A stretch of DNA of 32,000 nt from Cyanobium gracile PCC 6307 (GCF_000316515.1 NC_019675.1:1171964-1203963); one strand, 5' to 3'; shown: positions 10,217 to 21,572, counted from the stretch's first letter. A program made the numbers and translations. Notes: generated by a model not told the origin, from the letters alone.

Positions 10217-11706
10217 TGTTCGACGAACTCTCCCAGCGCTTTGAAGACGCGGTCAAGGGACTGCGGGGCCAGGCGGCCATCTCGGAGACGAACGTCGATG
10301 GCGCCCTCCGCGATGTGAGGCGCGCCCTGCTGGAGGCCGACGTCAGCCTGCCGGTGGTGAAGGAGTTCATCGAGGAGGTGCGGCGCAAGGCCGTGGGCGC
10401 CGAGGTGGTGCGCGGCGTGAGCCCGGACCAGCAGTTCATCCAGCTGGTGCACGCCCAGCTCGTCGAGACCATGGGCGGCGCCAATGCCCCCCTGGCGCGG
10501 GCCGCGGAAGGGCCCACCGTGATCCTGATGGCCGGTCTGCAAGGAGCCGGCAAGACCACCGCCACCGCCAAGCTGGGCCTGCACCTCAAGGAACAGGGCC
10601 GCCGTCCCCTGCTGGTGGCTGCGGACGTCTACCGGCCTGCCGCCATCGATCAGCTCCAGACCCTGGGCCGCCAGATCGGCGTGGAGGTGTTCAGCCTGGG
10701 CAGCGAGGCCAGCCCGGAGGCCATTGCCGCCGCCGGCGTGGCCAGGGGTCGGGAGGAAGGCTTCGACACCGTCCTGGTGGACACCGCCGGCCGCCTCCAG
10801 ATCGACACCGCGATGATGGGGGAGATGGTCCGGATCCGGGAAGCGGCGGCCCCGGATGAGGTGCTGCTGGTGGTGGATTCGATGATCGGCCAGGAGGCGG
10901 CCGATCTCACCCGGGCCTTCCACGAGCAGGTGGGCATCACCGGCGCGGTGCTCACCAAGCTGGACGGCGATTCCCGCGGCGGGGCCGCCCTCTCGATCCG
11001 CAAGGTGAGCGGCGCCCCGATCAAGTTCATCGGCACCGGGGAGAAGGTGGAGGCCCTGCAGCCGTTCCACCCGGAGCGGATGGCCAGCCGGATCCTGGGC
11101 ATGGGCGATGTGCTCACCCTGGTGGAGAAGGCCACCAAGGAGGTGGAGCTGGCCGATGTGGAGAAGATGCAGCGCAAGCTGCAGGAAGCCAGCTTCGATT
11201 TCTCCGATTTCGTGCAGCAGATGCGCCTGATCAAGCGCATGGGCTCCCTCGGCGGGCTCATGAAGCTGATCCCCGGGATGAACAAGATCGACGACGGCAT
11301 GCTCCGCCAGGGGGAGAGCCAGCTGAAGCGCATCGAGGCCATGATCGGCTCGATGACCGAGGCCGAGCGCCGCCAGCCCGAACTGCTCGCCGCCCAGCCC
11401 TCCCGCCGCCGCCGCATCGCCGCCGGCAGCGGCCACACCCCGGCGGATGTGGACAAGGTTCTCGCCGACTTCCAGAAGATGCGCGGCTTCATGCAGCAGA
11501 TGACCCGGGGCGGGATGCCCGGAATGCCCGGGATGCCGGGCATGGGTGGCTTTCCAGGCATGGGTGGGGGCATGCCCGGCATGGGTGGCGGCATGCCGGG
11601 AATGGGGGGCATGCCGGGCATGGGCGGTCCCGGTGGCCGCGGCGGCGGCCAGCCCCGCAAGCCCCCCAAGCCGGCCAAGAAGCGCAAGGGATTCGGCCAG
11701 CTCTGA
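10216..11706 (+). CDS. ffh: Signal recognition particle protein Ffh
   Basis: NG domain [83 protein letters not shown]; M domain [11 protein letters not shown] overlaps the upstream TGA by 1 nt. Confidence 0.98.
   Translation: MFDELSQRFEDAVKGLRGQAAISETNVDGALRDVRRALLEADVSLPVVKEFIEEVRRKAVGAEVVRGVSPDQQFIQLVHAQLVETMGGANAPLARAAEGPTVILMAGLQGAGKTTATAKLGLHLKEQGRRPLLVAADVYRPAAIDQLQTLGRQIGVEVFSLGSEASPEAIAAAGVARGREEGFDTVLVDTAGRLQIDTAMMGEMVRIREAAAPDEVLLVVDSMIGQEAADLTRAFHEQVGITGAVLTKLDGDSRGGAALSIRKVSGAPIKFIGTGEKVEALQPFHPERMASRILGMGDVLTLVEKATKEVELADVEKMQRKLQEASFDFSDFVQQMRLIKRMGSLGGLMKLIPGMNKIDDGMLRQGESQLKRIEAMIGSMTEAERRQPELLAAQPSRRRRIAAGSGHTPADVDKVLADFQKMRGFMQQMTRGGMPGMPGMPGMGGFPGMGGGMPGMGGGMPGMGGMPGMGGPGGRGGGQPRKPPKPAKKRKGFGQL
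11511..11640 (+). repeat. In-frame degenerate repeat encoding [10 protein letters not shown]-type low complexity in the Ffh C-terminus
   Basis: Repeated units such as ggcatgccggg and atgggtggc coding [40 protein letters not shown]. Confidence 0.9.
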
Positions 11707-11752
11707 GCAGGCCTGTAGGATTGGGAGCTGCATTTCGACCACCCTTTTCCAG

Positions 11753-12172
11753 ATGATCAAGCTCCGGCTGAAGCGGTTCGGCAAGAAACGGGAAGCGAGT
11801 TTCCGTCTGGTGGCCACCAACAGCACCTCCCGCCGCGATGGCCGTCCGCTAGAGGAACTGGGCTTCTACAACCCCCGCACCAAGGAAACCCGCCTTGACG
11901 CCGAGGCCATCCGCGTCCGCCTTGGCCAGGGTGCCCAGCCCACCGACACCGTGCGCAGCCTGCTCGAGAAGGGTGGCCTGATCGAGAAGACCACCCGTCC
12001 CGCCGAAACCGTCGGCAAGCTGCAGCAGGCCGCCGCCCGTGACGCCGCCGCTGCCGCCGCGGTGAAGGAAGCGGCAGCCGCCGCCGAAGCCGCCAAGGAA
12101 GCCGCCGCCAAGCAGGCCGCTGAGGCCGCCGAAGCTGCCGCTGCCGCCGAACCTGCCGCCGCCAAGGCCTGA
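11753..12172 (+). CDS. rpsP: 30S ribosomal protein S16 with Ala/Glu-rich C-terminal extension
   Basis: [46 protein letters not shown]. The track start at 11546 lies within ffh and is rejected in favour of ATG 11753. Confidence 0.96.
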   Translation: MIKLRLKRFGKKREASFRLVATNSTSRRDGRPLEELGFYNPRTKETRLDAEAIRVRLGQGAQPTDTVRSLLEKGGLIEKTTRPAETVGKLQQAAARDAAAAAAVKEAAAAAEAAKEAAAKQAAEAAEAAAAAEPAAAKA

Positions 12173-13185
12173 GCGAGCTCTCCTCCACGTTCGCCCTGCC
12201 CGACAGCGCCGCCGCCATTGCCCTGGCCGGCTCGGACGGCTCTTCGCTGCGTCGGCTTGAGGCCCTCACGGGTGCCCAGATCGTCCTGAGGGGCCTCGAT
12301 CTTCAGATCCGGGGCCGCAGTTCCCAGGTGGAGCGGCTGCAGGCCCTGGTCCAGCTCCTGGAGCCGCTGTGGCAACGGGGCGAGCCCATCGGTCCGGTGG
12401 ACATCCAGGCGGCCCTGACGGCCCTGGACACCGGTCGATCCGACCAGCACCGCAGCATGGGGCTCCAGGTGCTGGCCACGAGCGTCACCGGCCGGCCCCT
12501 GCGTCCCCGCACCCTGCGGCAGAACAGTTATGTCGAGGCGATTGAACGCCACGACCTGACCCTGGCGATCGGGCCCGCCGGCACCGGCAAGACCTTCCTG
12601 GCCACGATCCTGGCCGTGCGGATGCTCCAGGAACGCAAGGTGGAGCGGCTGGTGCTCACGCGTCCGGCGGTGGAGGCGGGCGAGCGGCTTGGCTTCCTGC
12701 CCGGTGACCTGCAGCAGAAGGTGGATCCCTATCTGCGCCCCCTCTACGACGCTCTCCACGGCCTGCTGGGCCAGGAACGCACCACCCAACTTCTGGAGAA
12801 GGGGGTGATTGAGGTGGCGCCCCTGGCCTTCATGCGTGGCCGCACCCTGGCCGATGCCTTCGTGATCCTCGATGAGGCCCAGAACACCACCTGCGCCCAG
12901 ATGCGTATGGTGCTCACCCGGCTGGGTGAGAACTCGCGCATGGTCGTGACCGGTGACACCACCCAGATCGACCTGCCCCCGGGCCAGTTGAGCGGCCTGG
13001 TGGAGGCGGAGCAGGTGCTGGCTGGGGTCGAAGGGGTGGCGATCTGCCGCTTCTCCGACGCCGACGTGGTGCGCCATCCGCTGGTGCAGCGCCTGGTGCA
13101 GGCCTACGCCCGCCGCGATGCCCGCCCGCCGGCCCCCGCCGCCAGGAAACGGATCGATGGCACCCCCACCCGATCGGAGCCTTGA
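12169..13185 (+). CDS. phoH: PhoH family ATPase, apparent CTG start
   Basis: [99 protein letters not shown]. The conserved N-terminal domain ([43 protein letters not shown]) lies upstream of the first canonical start (GTG 12328). Confidence 0.92.
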   Translation: MSELSSTFALPDSAAAIALAGSDGSSLRRLEALTGAQIVLRGLDLQIRGRSSQVERLQALVQLLEPLWQRGEPIGPVDIQAALTALDTGRSDQHRSMGLQVLATSVTGRPLRPRTLRQNSYVEAIERHDLTLAIGPAGTGKTFLATILAVRMLQERKVERLVLTRPAVEAGERLGFLPGDLQQKVDPYLRPLYDALHGLLGQERTTQLLEKGVIEVAPLAFMRGRTLADAFVILDEAQNTTCAQMRMVLTRLGENSRMVVTGDTTQIDLPPGQLSGLVEAEQVLAGVEGVAICRFSDADVVRHPLVQRLVQAYARRDARPPAPAARKRIDGTPTRSEP

Positions 13186-13688
13186 ACAGCGCCGAACGGC
13201 TGCGCATCCCGGCCCAGATCGCGCTGGCCGCCCTGGTGGCCCACACCCTGGGTTTTTGTTTCACGAGCCTGTTTCCTGGCTACCTGCCCAAGATCGGCGG
13301 GCTCTGGTCGGCGATCTCCGCCGTCGCCGTGACCCAGGTCAGCCCCAAGGATGCGACCTCTTCCGCCTCGCTGCGGATTCTGGGATCGGCGATCGGCGCC
13401 ATCACCAGTTCCGTGTAACTGACGCTGCTGCCCTTTCACCCCCTTGGAATGGCGGCGGCGATCTTCGCCACGGTGGCGATCTGTGCGGCGATCAATGTGC
13501 CCAGCCACGGCCGTCTGGCGGCGATCACGGTGATCGTCGTGATCGTCACCGGCAGCCTGGATCCGGCCCTGAGTCCGGGTCTGAACGCCCTGCTGCGCTT
13601 CCTGGAATCCTGCATCGGCACGGGCGTGGCGCTGCTGGCGGTGTGGCTCTGGCCCGGATCGCGCCACCAGCCCCGGGGCGACGCCTGA
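13182..13688 (+). pseudogene. Small FUSC-like membrane protein gene interrupted by an in-frame TAA (13416-13418)
   Basis: Both halves are in the same frame: [167 protein letters not shown]. Confidence 0.75.
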
Positions 13689-13794
13689 AGCCTGGCTGCA
13701 GGACGGCGGGCCCGCATGGGGAGATCCGAACCGGCGCTGCTGCCGCAACCCTGGGGCCGCTGGCAAGATGGATTCAGTTTGAAATGCCAGCGCC

Positions 13795-14532
13795 ATGCCG
13801 GCCCGCAGCAACTTTCAGGAAGCGATCCGCGAAGCCCAGTCCAGCGCACTGATCGGTCCCAACGTGGTCAACAAGGCCCTGCCCTATGTGGGCGGCGGCA
13901 TGGTGCTCACCGCTGGTGGTGTCCTCGGTGGCATGTCCCTCATGGCCAGTGCGCCGGCCCTGTTCATGCCCCTGTTCTGGGTGGCCCTGATCGGCAACTT
14001 CATCCTTTTCTTCGTGGCCCAGAACGCCGCCACCAAGGGCAACGCCGCAACCGCCTTGCCGATCCTGACGGCCTACAGCCTGATCACCGGCTTCACACTC
14101 AGCGGCATCGTGAGCTACGCCGTGACTTCGGCTGGTGTTGGCGCTGTTGGCACCGCCGCCTTGGCCACGGGCATCACCTTCGTGATCGCCTCCTTCTTTG
14201 GTCGCCGCATGAGCGACAACGTCGGCCAGGCCCTCAGCGGAGTGGTTGGTCTGGGCATCATCGGTCTGTTGATCGCCATGGTGGTGCAATTGGTGGGCGG
14301 CCTGTTTGCCCCGGCCATCTTCACTGGCGGTAGCTTCGAGCTGATGATCGCCGGCTTCGGCACCGTGCTGTTCGTGGGGGCGGCTTTCGTCGACTTCTAC
14401 ACCATGCCCCGCACTTATAGCGACGACCAGTATCTGGCCGGCGCCCTGGGCATGTACCTCACCTACATCAACCTCTTCATCTTCATCCTGAGGCTGATCA
14501 TTGCCCTCCAGGGTGGCGGCCGCCGCGACTGA
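13795..14532 (+). CDS. Bax inhibitor-1 / YccA family membrane protein
   Basis: Multi-TM protein: NVVNKALPYVGGGMVLTAGGVLGG..FWVALIGNFILFF...LTAYSLITGFTLSGIVSYAV...ATGITFVIASFFG...VDFYTMPRTYSDDQYLAGALGMYLTYINLFIFILRLI. Confidence 0.85.
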   Translation: MPARSNFQEAIREAQSSALIGPNVVNKALPYVGGGMVLTAGGVLGGMSLMASAPALFMPLFWVALIGNFILFFVAQNAATKGNAATALPILTAYSLITGFTLSGIVSYAVTSAGVGAVGTAALATGITFVIASFFGRRMSDNVGQALSGVVGLGIIGLLIAMVVQLVGGLFAPAIFTGGSFELMIAGFGTVLFVGAAFVDFYTMPRTYSDDQYLAGALGMYLTYINLFIFILRLIIALQGGGRRD

Positions 14533-14565
14533 ACAGCGAACGTTCTCCACAGCCCAGCTTTCCCA

Positions 14566-14600
14566 TGGGCCCGTCCGTTGCGGATGGGTCCATTTTTTTG
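14566..14600 (+). terminator. Rho-independent terminator downstream of the Bax-inhibitor-1 family gene
   Basis: tgggcccgtcc (14567-14577) pairs with ggatgggtcca (14583-14593) across loop gttgc (11 bp, two G-U), followed immediately by ttttttt (14594-14600). Confidence 0.85.
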
Positions 14601-14817
14601 GCAAGGCAACGGCTCCGGCCAGCCCGATCCCCCGCCCCAGCTCAGCCGTCGCTACGGGCAGAGGCGGAGGACACCGGCGTCGGACGCACCGCGAGCGCCC
14701 GGCTAAGCTCCGATCGATACGAGCTGATCCAAGCAGGGCCAGCACAACATCAGCGGTAAGCCGCACTCCAGCTCAGCGGATCCGGCCCCTTCACCTCTTG
14801 AACACAACGGAAACCCC

Positions 14818-15942
14818 ATGACCAAAACGGCTCTGATCACCGGGATCACCGGCCAGGACGGTTCCTACCTGGCGGAGTTGCTCCTGGAGAAAGGCTACGT
14901 GGTGCATGGGATCAAACGGCGGGCCAGCAGCTTCAACACCGACAGGATCGATCACCTCTACCAGGATCCCCACGAACAGAATCCCCGCCTGGTTCTGCAC
15001 TACGGCGATCTGACCGACTCCACCAATCTGATCAGGATCGTTCAGCAGATCCAGCCTGACGAGATCTACAACCTCGGGGCCCAGAGCCACGTGGCCGTGA
15101 GTTTCGAAAGTCCCGAATACACCGCCAACTCCGATGCCCTCGGCACCCTGCGGATCCTGGAAGCCGTCCGCATCCTGGGACTGATCGACAAGACCCGCAT
15201 CTACCAGGCCAGCACCAGCGAACTCTATGGGCTGGTACAGGAGATTCCCCAGAAGGAAACCACCCCGTTCTATCCACGCAGTCCCTACGGCGTGGCCAAG
15301 CTCTACGCCTACTGGATCACGGTCAACTACAGGGAGGCCTACGGGATGTACGCCTGCAATGGCATCCTCTTCAACCACGAAAGCCCCAGGCGGGGGGAGA
15401 CCTTCGTCACCCGCAAGATCACCCGGGGCCTGGCCCGCATCGATGCCGGTCTGGATCAGGGCCTGTTCATGGGCAACCTCGACTCCCTCCGGGACTGGGG
15501 TCACGCCCGGGATTACGTGGAGATGCAGTGGCGGATGCTGCAGCAGGAGCAACCCGAGGACTTCGTGATCGCCACGGGACGGCAGGAATCGGTGCGCCGC
15601 TTCATCGAGCTCACCGCCGAGGAACTCGGCTGGGGGGGCATCGACTGGAGCGGCAGCGGCGTCGATGAGACGGGCGCCCGGCGTGACACCGGTGCCACGG
15701 TGGTGCGCATCGACCGGCGCTACTTCCGGCCGGCGGAGGTGGAGACCCTGCTGGGGGATCCCACCCGGGCCCGGGAGCGGCTGGGCTGGACCCCCACCAC
15801 CACCCTGGAGGAGCTGGTGGCGGAGATGGTGGCCACCGACAAGGAGGAGGCCGCCAAGGAGGCCACCCTGAGGCGCGAGGGGTTCACCGTCGTCGGCTCG
15901 ATGGAGAATCCCCCCCAGGTCGGGGTGAGCACCGCCCCGTGA
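14818..15942 (+). CDS. gmd: GDP-mannose 4,6-dehydratase
   Basis: [52 protein letters not shown]...[35 protein letters not shown]...[51 protein letters not shown]. Confidence 0.98.
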   Translation: MTKTALITGITGQDGSYLAELLLEKGYVVHGIKRRASSFNTDRIDHLYQDPHEQNPRLVLHYGDLTDSTNLIRIVQQIQPDEIYNLGAQSHVAVSFESPEYTANSDALGTLRILEAVRILGLIDKTRIYQASTSELYGLVQEIPQKETTPFYPRSPYGVAKLYAYWITVNYREAYGMYACNGILFNHESPRRGETFVTRKITRGLARIDAGLDQGLFMGNLDSLRDWGHARDYVEMQWRMLQQEQPEDFVIATGRQESVRRFIELTAEELGWGGIDWSGSGVDETGARRDTGATVVRIDRRYFRPAEVETLLGDPTRARERLGWTPTTTLEELVAEMVATDKEEAAKEATLRREGFTVVGSMENPPQVGVSTAP

Positions 15943-16072
15943 ACCGGCCCGCGAAACGCGGCTATGGTCATGGCCGTGACCCGTTCTCGTCGAAGAGGAC
16001 CTTCGCTGGAACGACGCCCTCTCCCGCGGTCCGCAACCCCGCCCGGCGCCGCGGGGGCCTGACGATTTCCCC

Positions 16073-17037
16073 ATGCTGATCTCAACGAACGATCGGATCT
16101 TCATCGCCGGCCATCGCGGCATGGCCGGCTCGGCCATCGCCCGGCGCCTGGAGGCGGAAGGCCACCGCCACCTGCTCTGCGTCAGCCGTTCTGACCTCGA
16201 TCTCATGGATGGCCCCGCCGTGGCCGCCTGGTTCGGGGATCAGCGGCCCGACGTGGTGGTGCTGGCGGCGGCGCGGGTGGGGGGAATCCTGGCCAACTCC
16301 ACCTATCCCGCCGACTTCCTGCTCGACAACCTCAAGATCCAGCAGAACGTGATCGAGAGTGCCTGGCAGCACGGCACCCGGCGCCTGCTGTTCCTGGGCA
16401 GCAGCTGCATCTACCCCAAGCTGGCCGAGCAGCCGATCCGGGAGGAGGCCCTGCTCGGGGGACCTCTGGAGCCGACCAACGAGTGGTACGCGATCGCCAA
16501 GATCACCGGCATTGAGCTGTGTCGCGCCCTGCGGCTGCAGCACGGCTTCGATGCCATCAGCCTGATGCCCACCAATCTCTACGGCCCCGGTGACAACTAC
16601 CACCCCACCAATAGCCATGTGCTGCCCGGCCTGATCCGCCGCTTCCAGGAGGCCCGCGAGAACGGCACCGAGGAGGTGGTCTGCTGGGGCAGCGGCAGCC
16701 CGCGTCGGGAGTTCCTGCATGTGGACGATCTGGCGGATGCGGCCCTGTTCTGCCTGCGCCACTGGCAGCCGGGCGCCGAAGAGCTCCAGCACATCAACGT
16801 GGGAACAGGAACGGACGTGAGCATCAAGGACCTGGCCACCATGGTGGCCGAGGCGGTCGGGTTCCGCGGACGGATCGCCTGGGACACTTCCAAGCCGGAC
16901 GGCACACCCCGCAAGCTCCTGGATGTGGGCCGCCTGGCCGCCCTGGGCTGGCGGGCGACGATTCCCCTGCCGGACGGACTCCGCCGCACCGTGGCGGAAT
17001 TCGTCAGCGAGCGGGCCAGCGGCGCCGAGGTGCGGCT

Positions 17038-17041
<4 letters not shown>
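16073..17041 (+). CDS. fcl: GDP-L-fucose synthase
   Basis: FIAGHRGMAGSAIARRLEAEG, VVVLAAARVGGILANSTYPADFLLDNLKIQQNVIESAW, FLGSSCIYPKLAEQPI, ALRLQHGFDAISLMPTNLYGPGDNY, HVDDLADAALFCL. Confidence 0.96.
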
Positions 17042-18084
<1,043 letters not shown>

Positions 18085-19306
18085 GGGCCCCGTGCCCTGG
18101 CCAGGGCCTGGCCAGGGGCTCCCCGATGAAGACCCCCTGCCCGGGCATGGCCACACTGCGCCAGTAGCTCTCGATCAGGGTGTCGCCCCGGAGGTAATAG
18201 CTGAGCAGCAGCCCGGGATCGGGGAACTTGGCCGTGAAGTTGCACGGTTCCACCACGGTGCCGTAACTGCCGGTGGCGCCGGCCTCGAGCCAGCGCAGCG
18301 CGCTCATCTGCGGGCTGTCCGTCAGCTGCCCGCCGAAGGAAGTGAGGTGATCGGCGACGGCACCGGGCCGGAAGCGGTTGGTGCGCACGCCCGCGGGGAA
18401 GGCCAGCCCCGTGACGTAGGCCATCACGTCCTGGGCTCCCACCAGGGTGTCGCCGAGGATGATCCGCACCCGCAGGCGGGAGTCGATGGCGGCCTTGACC
18501 CTGCCGTAACCGGCGGCCCGACGGTTGCGCCGGGCATCGCCGGTGCTCAGCAGGTAGGCGGTTCCCGGCGGTGCGGTCCCGTCCGAGGCCACCCCCTGCT
18601 GGATCAGACGCCTGGCTGCCGCCGCGCTGGTGGCGGCCAGCATCATGCTGGGCCGGATGCGCAGCTGATCCCATGGGCGGCGCACGTCACCGCGGGCGAA
18701 CAGGGGGCTCAGGGCTGTGGTGCGGCAACCGCTGGCGCAGAAGCGGGGATCGAGGCCGAGGCTGAAGGCGCTGGTGATCGACTGGCAGCCGACCCGGTAC
18801 GGGGCCGCCCAGGCCAGGGCATAGACCTGGACATGGGCCGGGGTCCGGCGGTCGACGCTGGCCTTGATGCGGCGGAACAGGGCAGGGTTCAGCGAGGCTT
18901 CCCCGGGCGCGAAGCGCACCCGGATCACCTGGTCCGGGGGGATCAGCCGGGCCGCCTGGTACTGCCGGCCGATGGTCTCGCTGAGGGGATCGGCGGCGTT
19001 GACGATGATCGCCAGGTGGCGATGGTCGAGGGGGCCGCGGGAGGGCGGTCCGGCGTCGTTGGAGCGGCTGTCACCCCATGGGCTGCCGCTGGCCGCCAGG
19101 GCCAGCGGCAGCAACAGCGCAACCCCGACAGCCAGGCGACGGCGCCACGCACCCGGTGGCCCGGCGCTGATCGATGCAGCCCCGGCCGGGGGTCGGGAAA
19201 GCGGAGGCCATGGCGAGGGAGAGGCCATGGCGAAGGCGGTGAGGCTGGGGGTTTGGCCGACAGGGGGGGCTCCGAACACGGAGTGGTCCTGGAAGCGAGA
19301 AAGAAA

Positions 19307-19369
19307 GCGAAGGGTGATGAAAAGACGTGGGTGGCCTGTCGCGGGCCCGACCCACGTCCTTCCCTTCGT
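19307..19369. promoter_or_regulatory. Nested inverted-repeat element between divergent genes (function unknown)
   Basis: Outer arms cgaaggg (19308-19314)/cccttcg (19362-19368), inner perfect 9-bp arms gacgtgggt (19324-19332)/acccacgtc (19350-19358), innermost ggcc/ggcc. No T-run immediately after either arm. Confidence 0.5.
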
Positions 19370-19472
19370 CAGGTCGATCTTAGGACCAGCCCAACGTCGT
19401 GCAGGTCCATGATGGCGGCCTAGATTTGAGATCATCGGCGTTCCTTTTGCCATCCCGATCCCCTGGTCCGCC

Positions 19473-19494
19473 GGGCTGGGGCAAGCCCCAGCTC
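19473..19494. promoter_or_regulatory. Short stable hairpin upstream of the ABC exporter gene
   Basis: gctgggg (19475-19481) - caag - ccccagc (19486-19492), extendable by two pairs; lies about 110 nt before the preferred ATG at 19604. Confidence 0.4.
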
Positions 19495-19603
19495 CAATCC
19501 CTTGTCGTGTGGCCCGGAGGCGGCTACCCAACCGGACACGGCAGGACGCCCCAGCCCCGACTCCCAATCCGCCATTTCCAGCATCCTTTCCGCCTTGCCG
19601 TTG

Positions 19604-21523
19604 ATGCCGCTTCTCCATCGCATCGCCAGACGACTCCCCAGCCCCCTGCTTGCCCCCCTCACTGACCAGAGACCCGCTGCACGTCTGATCCGGCATTCGG
19701 CGAAGAAGTACTGGAGGCTTCTGGCCCTCAACTTCTCCACCAGCCTGGCCGCCAGTCTCAGCGAGGGCGCCACCCTCGGGATCATCTTTCTTGCGGTCAG
19801 CCTGATCAGTGCTCCCGAGAACAGTGACTGGAGCAAGATGTCCGTTCTCGGATCTCTCAACCAGCTGCCCTGGCTGCAGGGCGGGCTGAACAGTGCCCTG
19901 AACACCCGGGCCGGTCGCGACAGCCTCTTCGTGCTGCTCCTGGCCACTGCCGTGGCCCTGCAGGGCCTGATGGCGGCGACCAGTTATGTCAACAGCGTCA
20001 GCACCGCCGTGATGGGTGCCCGGATGGGAACCGAAATCACCGGCAAGCTGAACGATCGGGTCCTCTCCCTGACTTTCGGCTGCGCCAGCCGTTACCGCGT
20101 CGGTGACCTGCTCAATTATGTCGGCTCCGGGGGCGGCACCGTTGAGAAGGAGATCAGCCTGGCCAACGGACTGTTGATGAACAGTCTGCAGCTGATCATC
20201 TACCTGGCCATCCTGGTGGCCATCTCCCCCTGGCTTCTGCTGGTCGCCTTTGCGATGGCCGCTGTCATGCAGATGGTCCAGAAGGTGCTGCTGCCACGGA
20301 TCCGCAGGAATTCTCAGGAGCAGCAGAAAGTGAGCGTCGAGCTCTCCAGCCATCAGAACGAACAGATCCAGGGTCTGCGGCTGCTGCACAGCACAGGCCA
20401 GCTCGAAAGCTCCAGAAAAAGGCTGAAGGCGCTGCTCAATGAAAGCAAGCGACTGTCGATACGGCAGAGCAAGCTTGCCAACATCGTCCAGCCGATTTCC
20501 AACATGCTGCCGATCATCTCGATCGCCATCATCGCGGCGCTCAGCCTGATGGTGTTCAAGGACCGCAGCAGCGGCGTCCTGCCGAGCCTGGTGACGTTCA
20601 TCATCGCCCTCCAGAGACTCAACCAGCGGGTCGGCAGCCTGACGGGCCTGGCCACGAGCTATGCCGCCAACAGTGCCAACGTCGAGCGGCTCAACCAGAT
20701 CCTGCGCGACGACGACAAGGAATTCATCCGCACCGGCGGTGTGCCGTTCACGGCCCTGCGCGAGGCGATCCAGCTGGATGATGTCTCGTTGCGCTACAGC
20801 CCCGACCTGCCCCAGGCCCTCTGCTCCATCCAGCTCGCCATCGGCCACGGCCAGACGGTCGCCCTCGTCGGCTCCAGTGGCGCCGGCAAGAGCTCCATCG
20901 CCGATCTGCTGGTGGGTCTCTACGAACCCACCGGCGGAAGGATCCTCGTCGACGGCGTCGACATGCGGACGATCAATCTGGCCAGCTGGCAGCAGCGCCT
21001 GGGGGTCGTCAGCCAGGACACCTTCCTGTTCAACGCCAGCATCGCCAGCAATATCGGCTTCGGCGTCGAGAACGCCTCCATGGACGACATCATGGCCGCA
21101 GCCACCAAGGCCCAGGCCTCCCGCTTCATCGCGGATCTCCCCGATGGCTACGACACCAAGATCGGCGAACGGGGCTATCGGCTCAGCGGCGGCCAACGCC
21201 AGCGAATCTCACTGGCCAGGGCGATTCTGCGCCGACCTGAGCTGCTGATCCTTGATGAGGCCACCAGCGCCCTCGACAGCCAGAGCGAACGGCTGGTGCA
21301 ACAGGCGATCGAACAGTTCGAACGCCAGCACACTGTTCTCGTGATTGCCCACCGGCTCAGTACAATCGTCAATGCCGACGTGATCTGTGTCCTTTCGGAG
21401 GGAAGGATCGTGGAGCGGGGCCGCCACCATGAGCTGCTCGCCCAGGACGGTCAGTACGCGAAGCTCTGGAGCGAGCAATCCAAACATCCCCAGCAGAAGC
21501 CGATGACTCCAGCCCCCGTCTGA
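19604..21523 (+). CDS. Fused permease/ATPase ABC exporter (type IV fold, MsbA/PglK-like)
   Basis: N-terminal TM domain, Walker A ALVGSSGAGKSSIADLLVGLYEPTGG, Q-loop QRLGVVSQDTFLFNASIASNIGFG, signature YRLSGGQRQRISLARAILRRPELLILDEATSALDSQSE, H-loop VLVIAHRLSTIVNAD. No C39 peptidase domain. A 34-aa longer TTG start exists at 19502. Confidence 0.93.
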   Translation: MPLLHRIARRLPSPLLAPLTDQRPAARLIRHSAKKYWRLLALNFSTSLAASLSEGATLGIIFLAVSLISAPENSDWSKMSVLGSLNQLPWLQGGLNSALNTRAGRDSLFVLLLATAVALQGLMAATSYVNSVSTAVMGARMGTEITGKLNDRVLSLTFGCASRYRVGDLLNYVGSGGGTVEKEISLANGLLMNSLQLIIYLAILVAISPWLLLVAFAMAAVMQMVQKVLLPRIRRNSQEQQKVSVELSSHQNEQIQGLRLLHSTGQLESSRKRLKALLNESKRLSIRQSKLANIVQPISNMLPIISIAIIAALSLMVFKDRSSGVLPSLVTFIIALQRLNQRVGSLTGLATSYAANSANVERLNQILRDDDKEFIRTGGVPFTALREAIQLDDVSLRYSPDLPQALCSIQLAIGHGQTVALVGSSGAGKSSIADLLVGLYEPTGGRILVDGVDMRTINLASWQQRLGVVSQDTFLFNASIASNIGFGVENASMDDIMAAATKAQASRFIADLPDGYDTKIGERGYRLSGGQRQRISLARAILRRPELLILDEATSALDSQSERLVQQAIEQFERQHTVLVIAHRLSTIVNADVICVLSEGRIVERGRHHELLAQDGQYAKLWSEQSKHPQQKPMTPAPV

Positions 21524-21572
21524 TGGCTTTCCCATTGCCCGGGGCGACCCTGCAGGAGCACGAATCTTTCCC

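Noticed and set aside
11511-11640. Possible tandem repeat of regulatory interest or CRISPR-like array
   Set aside because: It is an in-frame Gly-Met-Pro low-complexity region of Ffh; units are short and irregular without spacers.
10156-11826. 556-aa minus-strand ORF opposite ffh
   Set aside because: His/Ala/Gly-rich antisense translation including the Met-repeat region read backwards ([16 protein letters not shown]...).
15949-15961. Short hairpin ccgcg-aaa-cgcgg just after gmd
   Set aside because: Only a 5-bp stem and no T-tract; expected by chance in GC-rich DNA and not convincing as a terminator.
19229-21196. N-terminal extension of the 1052-aa minus-strand ORF
   Set aside because: It lies antisense to the ABC exporter and has no motifs; the signal-like start at 19228 is much more plausible.
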